Shown: positions 1-11,334 of the stretch, one piece after another
How positions within the stretch are numbered: position 1 is the first letter of the stretch
Layout of the letters: each line of letters opens with the position of its first letter
NCBI RefSeq assembly: GCF_016432865.1
Contig: NC_067401.1
Coordinates: forward strand, 140,988,001-141,052,000
Reading direction: 5' to 3'
Length of the DNA: 64,000 nt
Origin: Antechinus flavipes
Lineage: Eukaryota
Position numbers and translations under genes: made by a program
The notes under the pieces: model-generated
What the model was told of the DNA's origin: nothing
What the model saw: only the letters and a program-made list of their open reading frames with translations
Databases searched by the model: none

Positions 1-117
1 TCTTAAAAAAACAAAAACAAACAAACCAAAAAAATCTCTCTGAGACAAGTACTGCTGATATTATTATCTTCATTTTACAAATAGGAAAGATAAGCTCCAG
101 AGAGGTTAAGTGAGTTA

Positions 118-453
<336 letters not shown>

Positions 454-839
454 TCAATATGAATGAGGAATAAATGAGGGAAGATACTTTTTTTTTACTT
501 AAAAAAGCACTGATCTCATTCACCTTATTACTTCTTGTCAGTTAACCTTAGTCAGTTAGAGAAGGATCCTAATGAAGCCAGTGTGGCAGCTTCACATACT
601 ATGCGGACCACATTTCCCTCCCTTCAGTTTTCTTCTGTTTACTTTTTGGCCTTTCTTTTTATTCTGTCCCTTCATAGCAAGTACACCTGCTTAAGCCTAA
701 CAAGACAGGTGTCAACAATGTTTATTGGGCACCACCAACCTCCCAGTCATCCGGGGTTCACAATCCTGATATCAACTCTCACTCGGCCAGAATCACAACT
801 GCCAGAATCACACATCCTATCCACCTACTACAAAACCTC

Positions 840-1040
840 TCTCAAATGTGCCCTTCTTTCTGCTCTGGGTCAGACTTTCATCACCTCTTGCTTGGACTAC
901 AAGATAGCAGAGAGAGCATTTCAAATGGTGTTCCTGTCCCAAGCCTCTTCCCACTCTAATCCATTCTCTCTCCAGTTAGGATTTCCTAACGTGGTAGTCT
1001 CACCATATCACTGCCTCACCACCTACTAAATAAACTCCTG
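840..1040. mobile_element. Old L2 LINE remnant
   Basis: Degenerate L2-type text (catcacctcttgcttggactac...ccactctaatccattctc). Confidence 0.5.
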
Positions 1041-1059
1041 CGACTTGTTATGACCAAGA

Positions 1060-2410
1060 TTAAATATAAACTGTGTTTGTGCCAAAGAGATCATAAAAAA
1101 GGAAAAGAACCTAAAATTGTGCAAAAATATTTACAGCAGAGAAACAAATAGCAAAATAATTAGAAATCAGAAATAAAAAATACATTGAAAAAAAGTTAAA
1201 ATAAAAGATTAGAGCAGAATCTATTATACTTTAGCTAAAGAATAAAAGGCAGAAATAGCAAGCAAGATCTCAGACAAGGCAAGAGCAAAACAGACCCAAT
1301 TAAAAGAAATAATCAGGAAGACTATTTTGTTGAGAGGATTATCAAAAATTTTTTAACAGAAAGTTTCTCTAATAAAGGCCTCATTTCATATATAGAAAAC
1401 TAAGTCAAAGTAATAAAAATAAGAGACATTTTCAAATAGAAATTGGCCACAGGATATGAAGAAGCAATTTTCAAAACAAATCAAAGTTATATATACTTAT
1501 ATGGAAAAAAGCTCTAAATCACTATCAATTAAAGAAATGCAATTTCTTTATAAGAAATGATAAATGAAGGGCAGCTAGGTGGCGCAGTAGATAGAGCACC
1601 AACTCTGAAGTCAGAGGACCTGAGTTCAAATGTAATCCCAGACACTTAACACTTCCTAGCTGTGTGACCCTGGGCAAGTCACTTGACTCCAATTGCCTCA
1701 GGGGGAAAAAAAAAGAAAGAAAAATAATAATTGCTGAAGGGGATGGCAGAAAATAGGCATGCTAATACACTACTGTTATAGTTTCAACTATTCCAATCAT
1801 TCTGGAAAAAAAATTGGAACCAAGCCCAATGGGTGGTAAAACTATGTGTTATCTTTTGACTGAGCAATGCCAGTACTAGATCTGTACACCAAATAAGTAA
1901 ACAGGTTGTGGCATATGATTGTGATGAAATACTACTGTGCTATAAGAAATGATAAAGGGATGGTTTCAAAGAAACAACAAGACTATATGAACTGATGCAA
2001 AGTGAAATTTGAAATCTGAGAGTTCACTGTGCACAGTAATAGCAATGTTGTAATGATGGACTGTGAAAGACTTGGCTATTATAATCAATACAATGATCTA
2101 AGACAATTCCAAAGGATTCATAATGGGAAAAAATGCTATCTACCTCCAGAAAAAGAGAACTAATGAATATTGGGTATAAATTGAAGTATAATTTTCTCAG
2201 TTTAAGATTTTTCTTGGTTTGGTTTTTTCCCCCCTCATATGGCTAATATGGAAATGTTTGCCTGATTTCATATATATAATTGATATTATATTGCTTGTCT
2301 TCTTAGTGAATGGGAGAGGGGGGAAGGAAGGAAAAAAAGAATTTGGAACTCAAATTTGAAAAAGAATACTAAAAATAAACAAATAATGAATTTGAAGAAG
2401 ATAGACAAAA
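1060..2410 (+). mobile_element. Old internally deleted L1 (HAL1-like): endonuclease fragment joined to the ORF2 C-terminus and 3' UTR, interrupted by a SINE
   Basis: Decayed ISDKA-type endonuclease coding at about 1240-1340 abuts SDKGLIS-type C-terminal coding at about 1345; marsupial L1 3' UTR text follows to about 2410. Confidence 0.65.
1569..1714 (+). mobile_element. WSINE1-like marsupial tRNA-derived SINE
   Basis: gggcagctaggtggcgcagtagatagagcacc...gagttcaaat...gtgtgaccctgggcaagtcactt...aattgcctc plus an A-rich tail; A- and B-box-like motifs present. Confidence 0.85.
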
Positions 2411-2719
2411 TTCCAAAATGTCATATCTCCTGAAAAATTTTCATCACTGAAAGAGGAAAGGAAAGGAAAGGATTTCAGATTCTCTATCCTGGCAGTTAGA
2501 TAGCACAGCAAATAAAAGATTAGCTTGGAGTTAGGAAGACCTGAGTTCAAACATTAAGATACTAGTGCCTAACACACTAAGATGTGTGACTCTGGGAGAT
2601 CTAGTTTCCTCAACTATAAAATGAAGATGGTAACAGCACCTACTTCCTAGGAGTATTATAAAGATAAAATGAAATTATATCTATCAAATGCTTTGCAACC
2701 TTAAAGGCCAGCTATTCTT

Positions 2720-2861
2720 CTTTTTTTGGCGGCAAGGCATTTGGGGTTAAGTGACTTGCTCGGTGTCAGAGCTAGTAAGTATTGAGTGTTTGAGGTTGAA
2801 TTTGAACTCGGGTCCTCCTCACTTCAAGGTCTGAGTTCTATCACTGCATCATCTAGCTGCC
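2720..2861 (-). mobile_element. WSINE1-like SINE
   Basis: Reverse complement of the same consensus, ending ...catctagctgcc, with a T-rich tail. Confidence 0.8.
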
Positions 2862-2938
2862 TACCTATTATTTTCAGTGACAAAATTTCATTGCCCCATC
2901 CTGGGGGGGGTGAGGGGGTGTTAGTAAACTTTATTTTA

Positions 2939-3142
<204 letters not shown>

Positions 3143-5058
3143 TTATGAATAACTATCTTTAAACTAGTCTCTATTTCACAGACTATTCAAAATGAACACA
3201 CATCTATTCAGAACTGCTAATTTTTGCCCCTTCCTACTTCTGTTATGCTACCTGCAAAGCAAAATACAATTATCATGCTGTATGTTCCTTGAAGGCCAAT
3301 AAATAAAGTTTCCTGTGTTTCTATACTATTTCTCCTACAGAGCAGCTCCCTGCAAGCTCCTCCCCCTGCAAGAAATACCAACTTAGCCTTAACTATTTTC
3401 TAAGATTAACCTGTTTGATGGAAACTTTGTGAGGTTTAAAAGTACTATTTGGCTTCCTAGAATTTTTACATTTTCAAAATACTTTAAGAACTGTTCCCAT
3501 TTTATCTAAACTTATAAGTTCCATAAAGATAAGAATGGGCTCATTTATGTTTTACATCTCTCCAGCAAACAGCAAAGTGTCTTTCACACAGAAAGTACTT
3601 AATAAATATTTCTTCACTTATATACTCTCAGTGTTGGTTAATTGACTAATTTTTACTCAACCTACTTTTTTTCCTCTCTCTTTCTTTTTTGGGATGGTTA
3701 GGTGGATAACAAAGGGATACATTTGGAAGTGCAGGCAATATAAAGAAAAAAGACATCAACAAAATATTTTAAATCAAACACTTATTGAATCAACTTTGAG
3801 TAAAGGCATGAACATGCCTGTATGTCCCTTACTAAGCTCCAGTGCCCCAAGACTATAAAGCGCCTCTAGTTCTACAACTGGCCCAGCAGAACTATATTAG
3901 CTCAGGCAGGTCCTAGCTAGGCTAGAAAAATGTCTTGTACTGAGTACAGTTCAAGAATTAGATTAACTGAATATTCAATAACAGAGGGTATGTTACATAG
4001 TAAATCACCAAATAATGACCTGTTTATTTTGTTTTTAGCTAGGACCACTTAATAAACTCTTCCAAAGTGTGTCAGGATTTAAATGCTATGTATGTATGTA
4101 CGTATGAAAGAACACATTCTCTTGGTATTTGGGATTAAGGACTCCAAAAGCCTTAGAGCAGTTTAAAACTATTAAAGCTTAAAGATACTATATATATAGT
4201 CAGTAGCACTCTGAATAACAGAAGCAGACTTTTTATCTGAAGGCCTTGGATTCACTGCTCTAACACACATGATGACAAGGGGGTGGTCTAGTATAATTAG
4301 TTAGACCTGAATTCAAATCCGTTTCAGAAATTTACTAGCTGTGTTTGACTTCGATAAGTCACAACCTGACACTCATTTTCCTCATCTGTAAAATGGGAGT
4401 GATAACAGCCACCTACCTCAAAGGATTTCTGTGAGGAACACCTGAGGTAACACATAAAGCTCTTTATAAATCTTAAAGTGCTTTATAACCGTTAGCTACG
4501 ATGATGATGTCACTTAACTTCTTGGGACCTCATTAGTCACATAGGAATAAAGTACTTATGACTTCAGAATTATGGGGAGAAGAACCTTAAAGCATTTGGA
4601 TAAAATTCACACTGTTTATTTAATTCAACATATCCTTATTTAAAGTATCTATTAAATTTCAGGTGCTGGAGGAAACTACACGTTTGTGAAGCGTTTAATT
4701 ACATAAGCGTCAGACACTGTGCAAAACACAACAGTTTCTGCCCTCAAGAAGCTTCCATTCTATTCCTTGTACGAAGAGGCACGCAGCAGTTAGGAAACCT
4801 GCCCACGGTTACCACCAGCCCAATCAGTGACATGCCGGTCCCTCCCCACCAGCTCCAGGCCCGGCCCACTCATGCCCGCTTCTCGTGGGAGCCCGAGAAC
4901 CGCGGACTGAGGAGAGTCCGGTCGTTCCCCTAGGCCTCAGTTTCCTCCTCTGTAAGATGGAAGTTTTTTTTTTTTAAGATGTGCCCCCTCCACCTCTGCC
5001 AGCCTCGGATCCCATCCGGTCCAGTGTACTCCCTGAGGTCTGGCCGGTAACTCCTCAC

Positions 5059-5200
5059 CTGCAGCTTTAACTCCCGAATTTCGATACCGCGCTTTCTTCG
5101 CCAGATGTGCCGGAGCTTGCGACACTCGTTAGGAAGGACCCCTGGCCTCCCGAAGATGTGCCAGACCATATGCGACGCTCATCAAGAAGGACCCACGCGC
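5059..5200 (-). other. EFTUD2: Probable non-coding exon 1 of EFTUD2 (5' boundary uncertain)
   Basis: Strong donor CTGCAG|gtgagg at 5059/5058 inside the CpG island; the TSS cannot be fixed from sequence alone. Confidence 0.45.
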
Positions 5201-5378
5201 CCTCGGGGCCACGCCCCTTTCAGCCGTTTACAACCCTTATGCCTGAGTTGCCGGAGTAGGATAGTTCCACTCCAGTGTGACGGGATGATTTGAGGGGGAA
5301 CCCGGAACAGGTCGGAAGTGAAAGCTTAACGGCCTAGGCGAGATCGAGAGAGCAAACGCGGCGTTCCCCTGATCAGGC

Positions 5379-5457
5379 GTCTCGATGGCAACTCGAACGG
5401 GGAAGGGCCTTCGGCATGATCACGTGGCTTTCTTGAGTCAAACAGTTGCTATGCAAC
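5379..5457. promoter_or_regulatory. Two RFX X-box-like elements (GTCTCGATGGCAAC 5379-5392; GTTGCTATGCAAC 5445-5457)
   Basis: Near matches to the X-box consensus GTNRCC(N0-3)RGYAAC beside the start of a motile-cilia gene. Confidence 0.6.
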
Positions 5458-5490
5458 GGCCTCGGCGTGGCTGGAGACAGAGCTGCCACT
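5400..5490 (+). other. CCDC103: Probable non-coding exon 1 of CCDC103 (5' boundary uncertain)
   Basis: Donor-like ACT|gtaagg at 5490/5491 at the edge of the CpG island; the next exon has an acceptor at 7187. Confidence 0.4.
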
Positions 5491-7196
5491 GTAAGGGAGG
5501 GGAAGAATTAGTATTTTTCTTGGGATTGGGGTTTTAGAAAGTGGTGATGGCTGGTTAGGAATTTAGGGTAGGTTTCCGTTCTGCTCTGCAAGTTCTCGAG
5601 GCAGTTGGAACTGGGTCAAGAGCAGGACGCCTGGGCTCTGTGTGGTCTGTTTACCTGGAGGCAGGGGGTGGAGTTGGGGATCTTCTTGCCCCCGGCTCTC
5701 CCGCCCTCCCCCCACCCCGACAAAGCTTTTCTGATGGACGCATTTGGGGGTGGCGGAAAGTCGCGGTGCGGTGGAAAGAGCGCTTGCTCTGGAGTCAGGA
5801 TCGGAGAGGTCTACCTGTATCACGCTGGGCAGGTGGCCCAATCTCTCGGGTTGGTCCCCCAGGCTTGAACAGGATAAGTTCTGAAGGAGCTTTCCAAAGA
5901 GGGGGTGGAACAGATGTGTGCTGTAGATGCTAATCTTAAAGATCTTAATCTGTTGGTCTTTGCTGAGAGTAAGGGAGGCCACAGTAGTGTTGAGCTTTTG
6001 GGGTAGCTCCATCAACCCACTGGTGCAGGGAGCTAGCTTGTACTGAGACCTAGGAGAGAAAGGATAGAAGGGACTAAAACTGAATAGAAGGAAAAGGTTC
6101 CCTTCATTCACTTTTCTGTTATAGCCCAATTCAGGAAATGTTTATGAAATGAATAATTTGTGCAAGACACAAGCCTTAGGCACTGGTTTTCCATTCATCC
6201 ACAGCCACTCGGGCTACTTCTTACATGTGTCTGCTGAATTTGGACCATGTAATATTAGGGACTCCAGCAGATAGCAAGGCAGCGAGGTCACGAAGCATCC
6301 TTTCTAACCAGCTCTTCCTGTTAGTCTTACATCTCCTCCTGGCTCGGCCATTACAACTGAGGAGGCTGGGAAATGTCATTCACTTCATTCCCTTAGAAAA
6401 TCGAGCAATTGTGGATTCTACTCCCATCCCACTACTACCTCTGATTTGGATAAACAAGACTTGGAATTTATCCTAGGCTCAGAAGGAACTATAGTCACAT
6501 CTGCTGTGTGAAGCCACTTGCTCTTCTTTAGGCCACTCCAAGAGAGTTCTTAAGAAGGACCCTCTAGAGGCCGAATCCTGAGGGGCCGACAATTTCAGAT
6601 GGCTTTTTATTTCAATAAGGGAACTGACAGCATATGTGCCAATTTAGTCTTTATAGTTTAGAAGCAGGTCTAAGTGGCAAAACTAAGTAAAAGTCCTTCA
6701 TGGTGGATAGAATACTGGACTTTCAATCAGGGTAACTTGAGTTTGAATACTGTCTCAGACATATACTACATGTATGACTGTGGACACTCTGAACCTCAGT
6801 TCCTCATCCATAAAATGGGGATAATAGTATTTATTTCATATTGTTGTTGTGAAATATATAGGGTTACACCTATGTATATGTGTATGTATGTGTATGGACA
6901 ATGTATGTGTAATGCTTTTTGTAAACCTTAAAGAATTATGTAAACATTATCTATTATTATTTCTAATGAAACAATGGCTTGAGTTGGGACCATGGACCAT
7001 TGCTGCATCTTTTAAATCTTTTCTCTTTAAAATGAGGACATTTAATTTTTGCACTCTTCCCTTTGAGATGAGTGATAATTTGGATAAAGTGCTTCAACCT
7101 TTTAGGGTGGCAAAGAGTTATCATGATGAGTAACTTTTTCCTGTGGCAAGGTCTCACTACTGTGCTTCACCCCTTTTTCACTCCCAGGTTCTGGAT

Positions 7197-7339
7197 ATGG
7201 AAAAGACTGACACCATTGATTTTAGGGCTCTGGAGAAGGAGTTACAAGCTGCAGTAGCTGCTGATGAGAAATATCAGAGAGAGAATGCTGCCAAGTTCCG
7301 GGCTGTGGAACAGAAAGTGGCTTCCTATGAAGAGTTCAG
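7197..7339 (+). CDS. CCDC103: CCDC103/DNAAF19 (dynein-arm assembly factor) coding exon 1, [48 protein letters not shown]
   Basis: Matches the human N-terminal coiled coil; acceptor cccag at 7187, ATG at 7197, donor AG|gttagc; 143 nt, phase 2. Confidence 0.95.
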
Positions 7340-7511
7340 GTTAGCTCATGCAACTTTTCCCCAGAGCTGTCATCCCTCCATTATGTGACCCAGTTAGCCT
7401 AGCTAGTTACAGCACCACATTCCTTTTGGGGTTCAGTAGCCATGAGGGCAGTAGCTTCATACCTTCACATCTGGTGTGATTCTTTCCTCCAATACTATTT
7501 TTTGCCCACAG

Positions 7512-7656
7512 GGACATTGTCCTTGCATCACATCTGAAGCCTTTGGAGCGGAAGGACAAAATGAATATCAAGAAGACAGTGCCTTGGAACTCTCTTGTGA
7601 CAAGTACCACTGCCCAAAAAGGCATCACTCAAGAGGAGAGCACTGATATTTCCCAG
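7512..7656 (+). CDS. CCDC103: CCDC103 coding exon 2, [48 protein letters not shown]
   Basis: [15 protein letters not shown] and VPWN motifs; cacag acceptor, CAG|gtgaaa donor; 145 nt restores phase 0. Confidence 0.95.
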
Positions 7657-8771
7657 GTGAAATAGCCATTCCATGGACCCTTGGAGAAGCCTAACCCTAA
7701 CGTGTAGTACTTCTCTTTCTTAATTATCTTTTACAGCGCTTTAACTAGTAGAAAGTTTCCCTAGACAAAATCCAATCCAATCAATAAACAATATCAACAT
7801 CAATAATGTGTTCCAGACACTGAGCTAATAAGCAGGGGGTCTTCAGGGGCTCGGTGTCCCAGAAGACAATCTTACTAAGGTTCTACTGTGCCATAAAGTA
7901 CAGAACCACTTGTGTGTGTAGTCATATTTACAGGGGATGGTTCATCTTTCAAGAGTTGTAAGGGTGCATATGTGCTCCAGGCATCCTGAGAACCTCAAGG
8001 AAATGATCTTTTCTGGGGAAGAGGCATTCTCTACCAGGTCATTGCCTTGAGGGAAAGCCTCATTCCCCTTGTATTTGAGAAATCCCAATCATTTAGGTTT
8101 AGAATACACAGTCTCTGGGCTGTGACAAGTACAGGGTAAAGAGCCAACTCATGATTTGGATAAGCAGTCAGGCTGTCAGAGCTCGGCCAATCAGAGCTGT
8201 CTCTCAGAATCCACCACCTTGGCCAGGCTCTCTGTACTCTCCAGAGCAGAGGTGCCAAACCCTAATGGAGATGGATTGTATTGTGTTATATTTTCCCAGT
8301 TCAACAACTGTTTACATGCTGTAACTAGCAGAAGCTGCACCAAGTCCAGTTGAGGGAATGAGGACTCCAGGGGCTCAGTGTCCTGGAGGATATTCTGCTA
8401 AGGACATATGGTATAGAGTACAGTCCCACATAGTGACGTGTGCAATTGAATGAGGAAACAGAATCTGCCAGTTCTCGGCCATTCAGATCTTACCTTTAGA
8501 TTTCCAAGGCCTGTGGCCAATTTCCCATCTTAGAATAGACTATACCTGCTTTTCATAAATGGCCATTATGCGATGCGATGTTAATTTCAGACCCCGTTCC
8601 TCAGGCTCCCCCTTGTGCCTGAGAAGGGGCAAGTTTGAAACCGCCTGTGTCATGTGAGGGAGGGCTGTATTTTTCCTAAGATAAATTGAGTCAGTAGAAA
8701 AGCTACGAATAGAGCCTGCAAGTATTGACTCCTAAGTGTCCTAACTCTGTTCACTTTTCCCTTTGACCTAG

Positions 8772-9221
8772 AAGGGAGATTGTCAGCCTGAGACATCGAC
8801 AGATTTCTACAGGGCATGGCGTCGCTGCTTGCAGAGTGGACCAGAGCGCTACCAGGCCCTGCTGCGGCTTGGGGGCCCCAGCCTGGGCCAGCTTTTCCGG
8901 GCGGATGTGGGGTTTGGACTTCTGGGCGAGCTGCTGGTGACGCTGGCAGAAAATTTTAAGCCAGCAGACTGTGCTGCTGTGCTGAGGATCCTTCTTAGCC
9001 TGTCCAGGACTGGCCGTTTTGGCCTCAACTTGAACCTGCTGAGCAGTCCTGAGAGGGAGAGCTGCCAAAAATTATTTCAGAAACTCCAAGGTTCGGATGT
9101 TACCAGGCCCACAGAGGAAGAACTGAGTCATAGTGAGCAAGAGCTGCTGAGGCCATATGGCGGGCATGACGGGCACGAGAAACTCCTCCAGGAGCTCGCA
9201 GAGCTGTACCAAATTGGCTAG
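8772..9221 (+). CDS. CCDC103: CCDC103 last coding exon (RPAP3_C-like domain), [18 protein letters not shown]...ELYQIG*; whole protein 245 aa
   Basis: Matches the human PETSADFYRDWRR...[10 protein letters not shown]...TGRF..L region; ctag acceptor at 8771; TAG stop at 9219-9221. Confidence 0.95.
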   Translation, partial: KGDCQPETSTDFYRAWRRCLQSGPERYQALLRLGGPSLGQLFRADVGFGLLGELLVTLAENFKPADCAAVLRILLSLSRTGRFGLNLNLLSSPERESCQKLFQKLQGSDVTRPTEEELSHSEQELLRPYGGHDGHEKLLQELAELYQIG

Positions 9222-9618
9222 AAGTGTTCTCTTTCTCAGGCTACAGGGCAAACCCACCTCACCAGTGGGGGTTTGTTTTTTCCAGACAGCCCTTAATAAT
9301 ACTGGCCATCTTGCTGTCTGATCCCAAAGTTTTCCTCTTTACCTTGTCACTTCACAACTGTGACAAAAGATTGGTTTCATCCATCCTACTTTTAAGTAGC
9401 TCTGTATAAACCTATATGACTCCAAACAGCCAAAGGCTCCTATGGGAACATTAGAAAACCACAAAAAATTTGGCTTCTCATCCTTGAAACCTACTAAGAA
9501 TGGTACCCTGGCTGAAGATTAAAATCCTCCATCCTAATCCTAACCACTGATTCATGCAAGCAGAGTTTTAAAATCTGTGATTATGTTCATTTATGTCTAC
9601 AAGGATTCACTCCATGCC

Positions 9619-9624
9619 AATAAA
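9619..9624 (+). terminator. Candidate CCDC103 polyadenylation signal AATAAA
   Basis: AATAAA about 400 nt after the stop, followed by U-rich sequence. Confidence 0.55.
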
Positions 9625-9869
9625 GATATTTTATTGATACTTTGACACTTTATTGGGGGGAATAGCATTTTTCCCCAAGAACTAGTTTTTCTGAGTTGTA
9701 CTGTGGGGAATCCTGAGTTGTCAGCAGTAGTTTGTGAACTTACCCAGGCTTTGGAGGGAGGTTCAGACTTGCCAGGTTATAGACATACTTATTTTTACTT
9801 CTAGGATTTATGAAAGAGAAAAACTTTGTTCTCAAGGAGATAGGATGAAGGTTGTGGGAGAAAAACAAT

Positions 9870-11070
9870 CAGGAAGCATTTATTAACTTTCTGCTATGTT
9901 TTTGCACTGGACAATTTAAGAAATAAAACAAAGGATTTTATATTCCATCAGAAAGATTACTATCTAAGGTGGTTAGGAAAGGGATAAGGAAAGACTTCGT
10001 GTAGAACATGGTATGGGCTTAAAGTGAGGGGTTCTATAAGGCAAAATGGCAGAAGGGGCATTCTGGGCACAGGAGCAGGCAATTAAAAAGACACAGAGAA
10101 GGGAGATAGTGCCAGGTATGAGAAACAGAAAAAAAAAGACTAGTTTGACCAGATCAGCATGCAGGAAAGGAAGTAATATATATGATGGAGCTGCAAAGTT
10201 AGATTGGGGCTAGGTTGTGAAGGGTTTGAAAAGTTAACCAGAGCTTGTTTTATCTTAGAGATAATAGGCAGCCATTGAAATTTATTGAGTAAGGGAGTAA
10301 TATAGTCAGACCTGAGCTTAAGGGAAATAACTCTGGCATCTATATGGCAGCTGGATTGGTGTAGAATGAAACGAGTTAGGAAGACTAATAAAGAGGCTAA
10401 TATAAAAAAGTTCAGGCAAGAGGTGATAAGGACCTGAATTAAAGTGATGCTTCTATGAGGACAGAAGAGGAGTCATACAAAATTTGTTAAGGAGGTACAC
10501 ATAGCAAGATCTGTCATCTGGTTATAGAGATGGAGGGGGAGGCACAGGAGTCTAGTATAGCTCTGAGGTTGCAAACCTAGGAGAATGGAAAAATTATAGT
10601 GCTGTTGACAGAAGTAGGGACAATTTTGGAGGAAAGATGATGAACTTTGTTTTGAACATGTTGAGTAGAAATGCCTATGAGACATCCAGTTTGAAAAGTC
10701 CACCTCCTTCCCATCTAACTCTGGCTTTATCAGTGGGAGCCTTGTCCACACCAGAGGAGAGACTAGGGCTGGATAAATGGATCTATGAGCCATCTCCATG
10801 GAGGTGATCATTAAATCAGGAGAGATGCTTTGTCATCAAAAAGAGGAGGAACATCCAGAGTTATGGAAAGGATCGTGGGGGAGAAGGGAAAGGGATGAGC
10901 CAGCAAAGGAAACTAAGGAACGGTCACCGAGGTGCTGCCATTGGAGGAGAACCAGGAGGGAGGGACGCTGTGAAATCCCAGCATACAGGTCAGAGCATCC
11001 CTGTATGAGGAGGGTGCGGTGAGCAGCGCCCAGGCTTCACAGAGGCAGAGAAGGCTGAAGTGATACCAGC
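9870..11070. mobile_element. Old L2 LINE remnant between CCDC103 and FAM187A
   Basis: Long degenerate L2-type text (aagcatttattaac...ctatg...; gagatgcctatgagacatccag...). Confidence 0.6.
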
Positions 11071-11334
11071 CCATCTGGCCACCATCCTATCACCTCCACG
11101 CAGGCATTCTAGAACAGAAAGGCTGGTTCTAGAATGACTTTTTTTTTTTCATGAGAGAGGGTCAGGTCTAGAAAAATTCTAGTTTTCAATAGGAATGGTA
11201 AAAAAGGAACATTCCCAGTTGGGCTCCGGGTCCTTAAGAACGAGGCTGGGGGAGTGATTCTCTGCTAACCCTCCCTTGTGGGGAGCCCCTTGTTGTAGCC
11301 CACCCCCTTCCCGTCTCCCTCCGGCTTCACCAGC

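Larger units (their letters stand above)
4790..5500. promoter_or_regulatory. CpG-rich bidirectional promoter shared by EFTUD2 (-) and CCDC103 (+)
   Basis: Local CpG enrichment between head-to-head genes; ETS motif CGGAAGTG 5313-5320, E-box CACGTG 5421-5426, AP-1-like TGAGTCA 5434-5440, CCAAT near 4821. Confidence 0.85.

Noticed and set aside
535-1029. 164-aa plus-strand ORF in an EFTUD2 intron
   Set aside because: No recognisable protein; its 3' part is L2 remnant; antisense to EFTUD2.
5563-6129. 188-aa minus-strand ORF and overlapping 87/97-aa plus-strand ORFs
   Set aside because: GC-rich promoter-flank sequence with low stop frequency; no domain or splice support.
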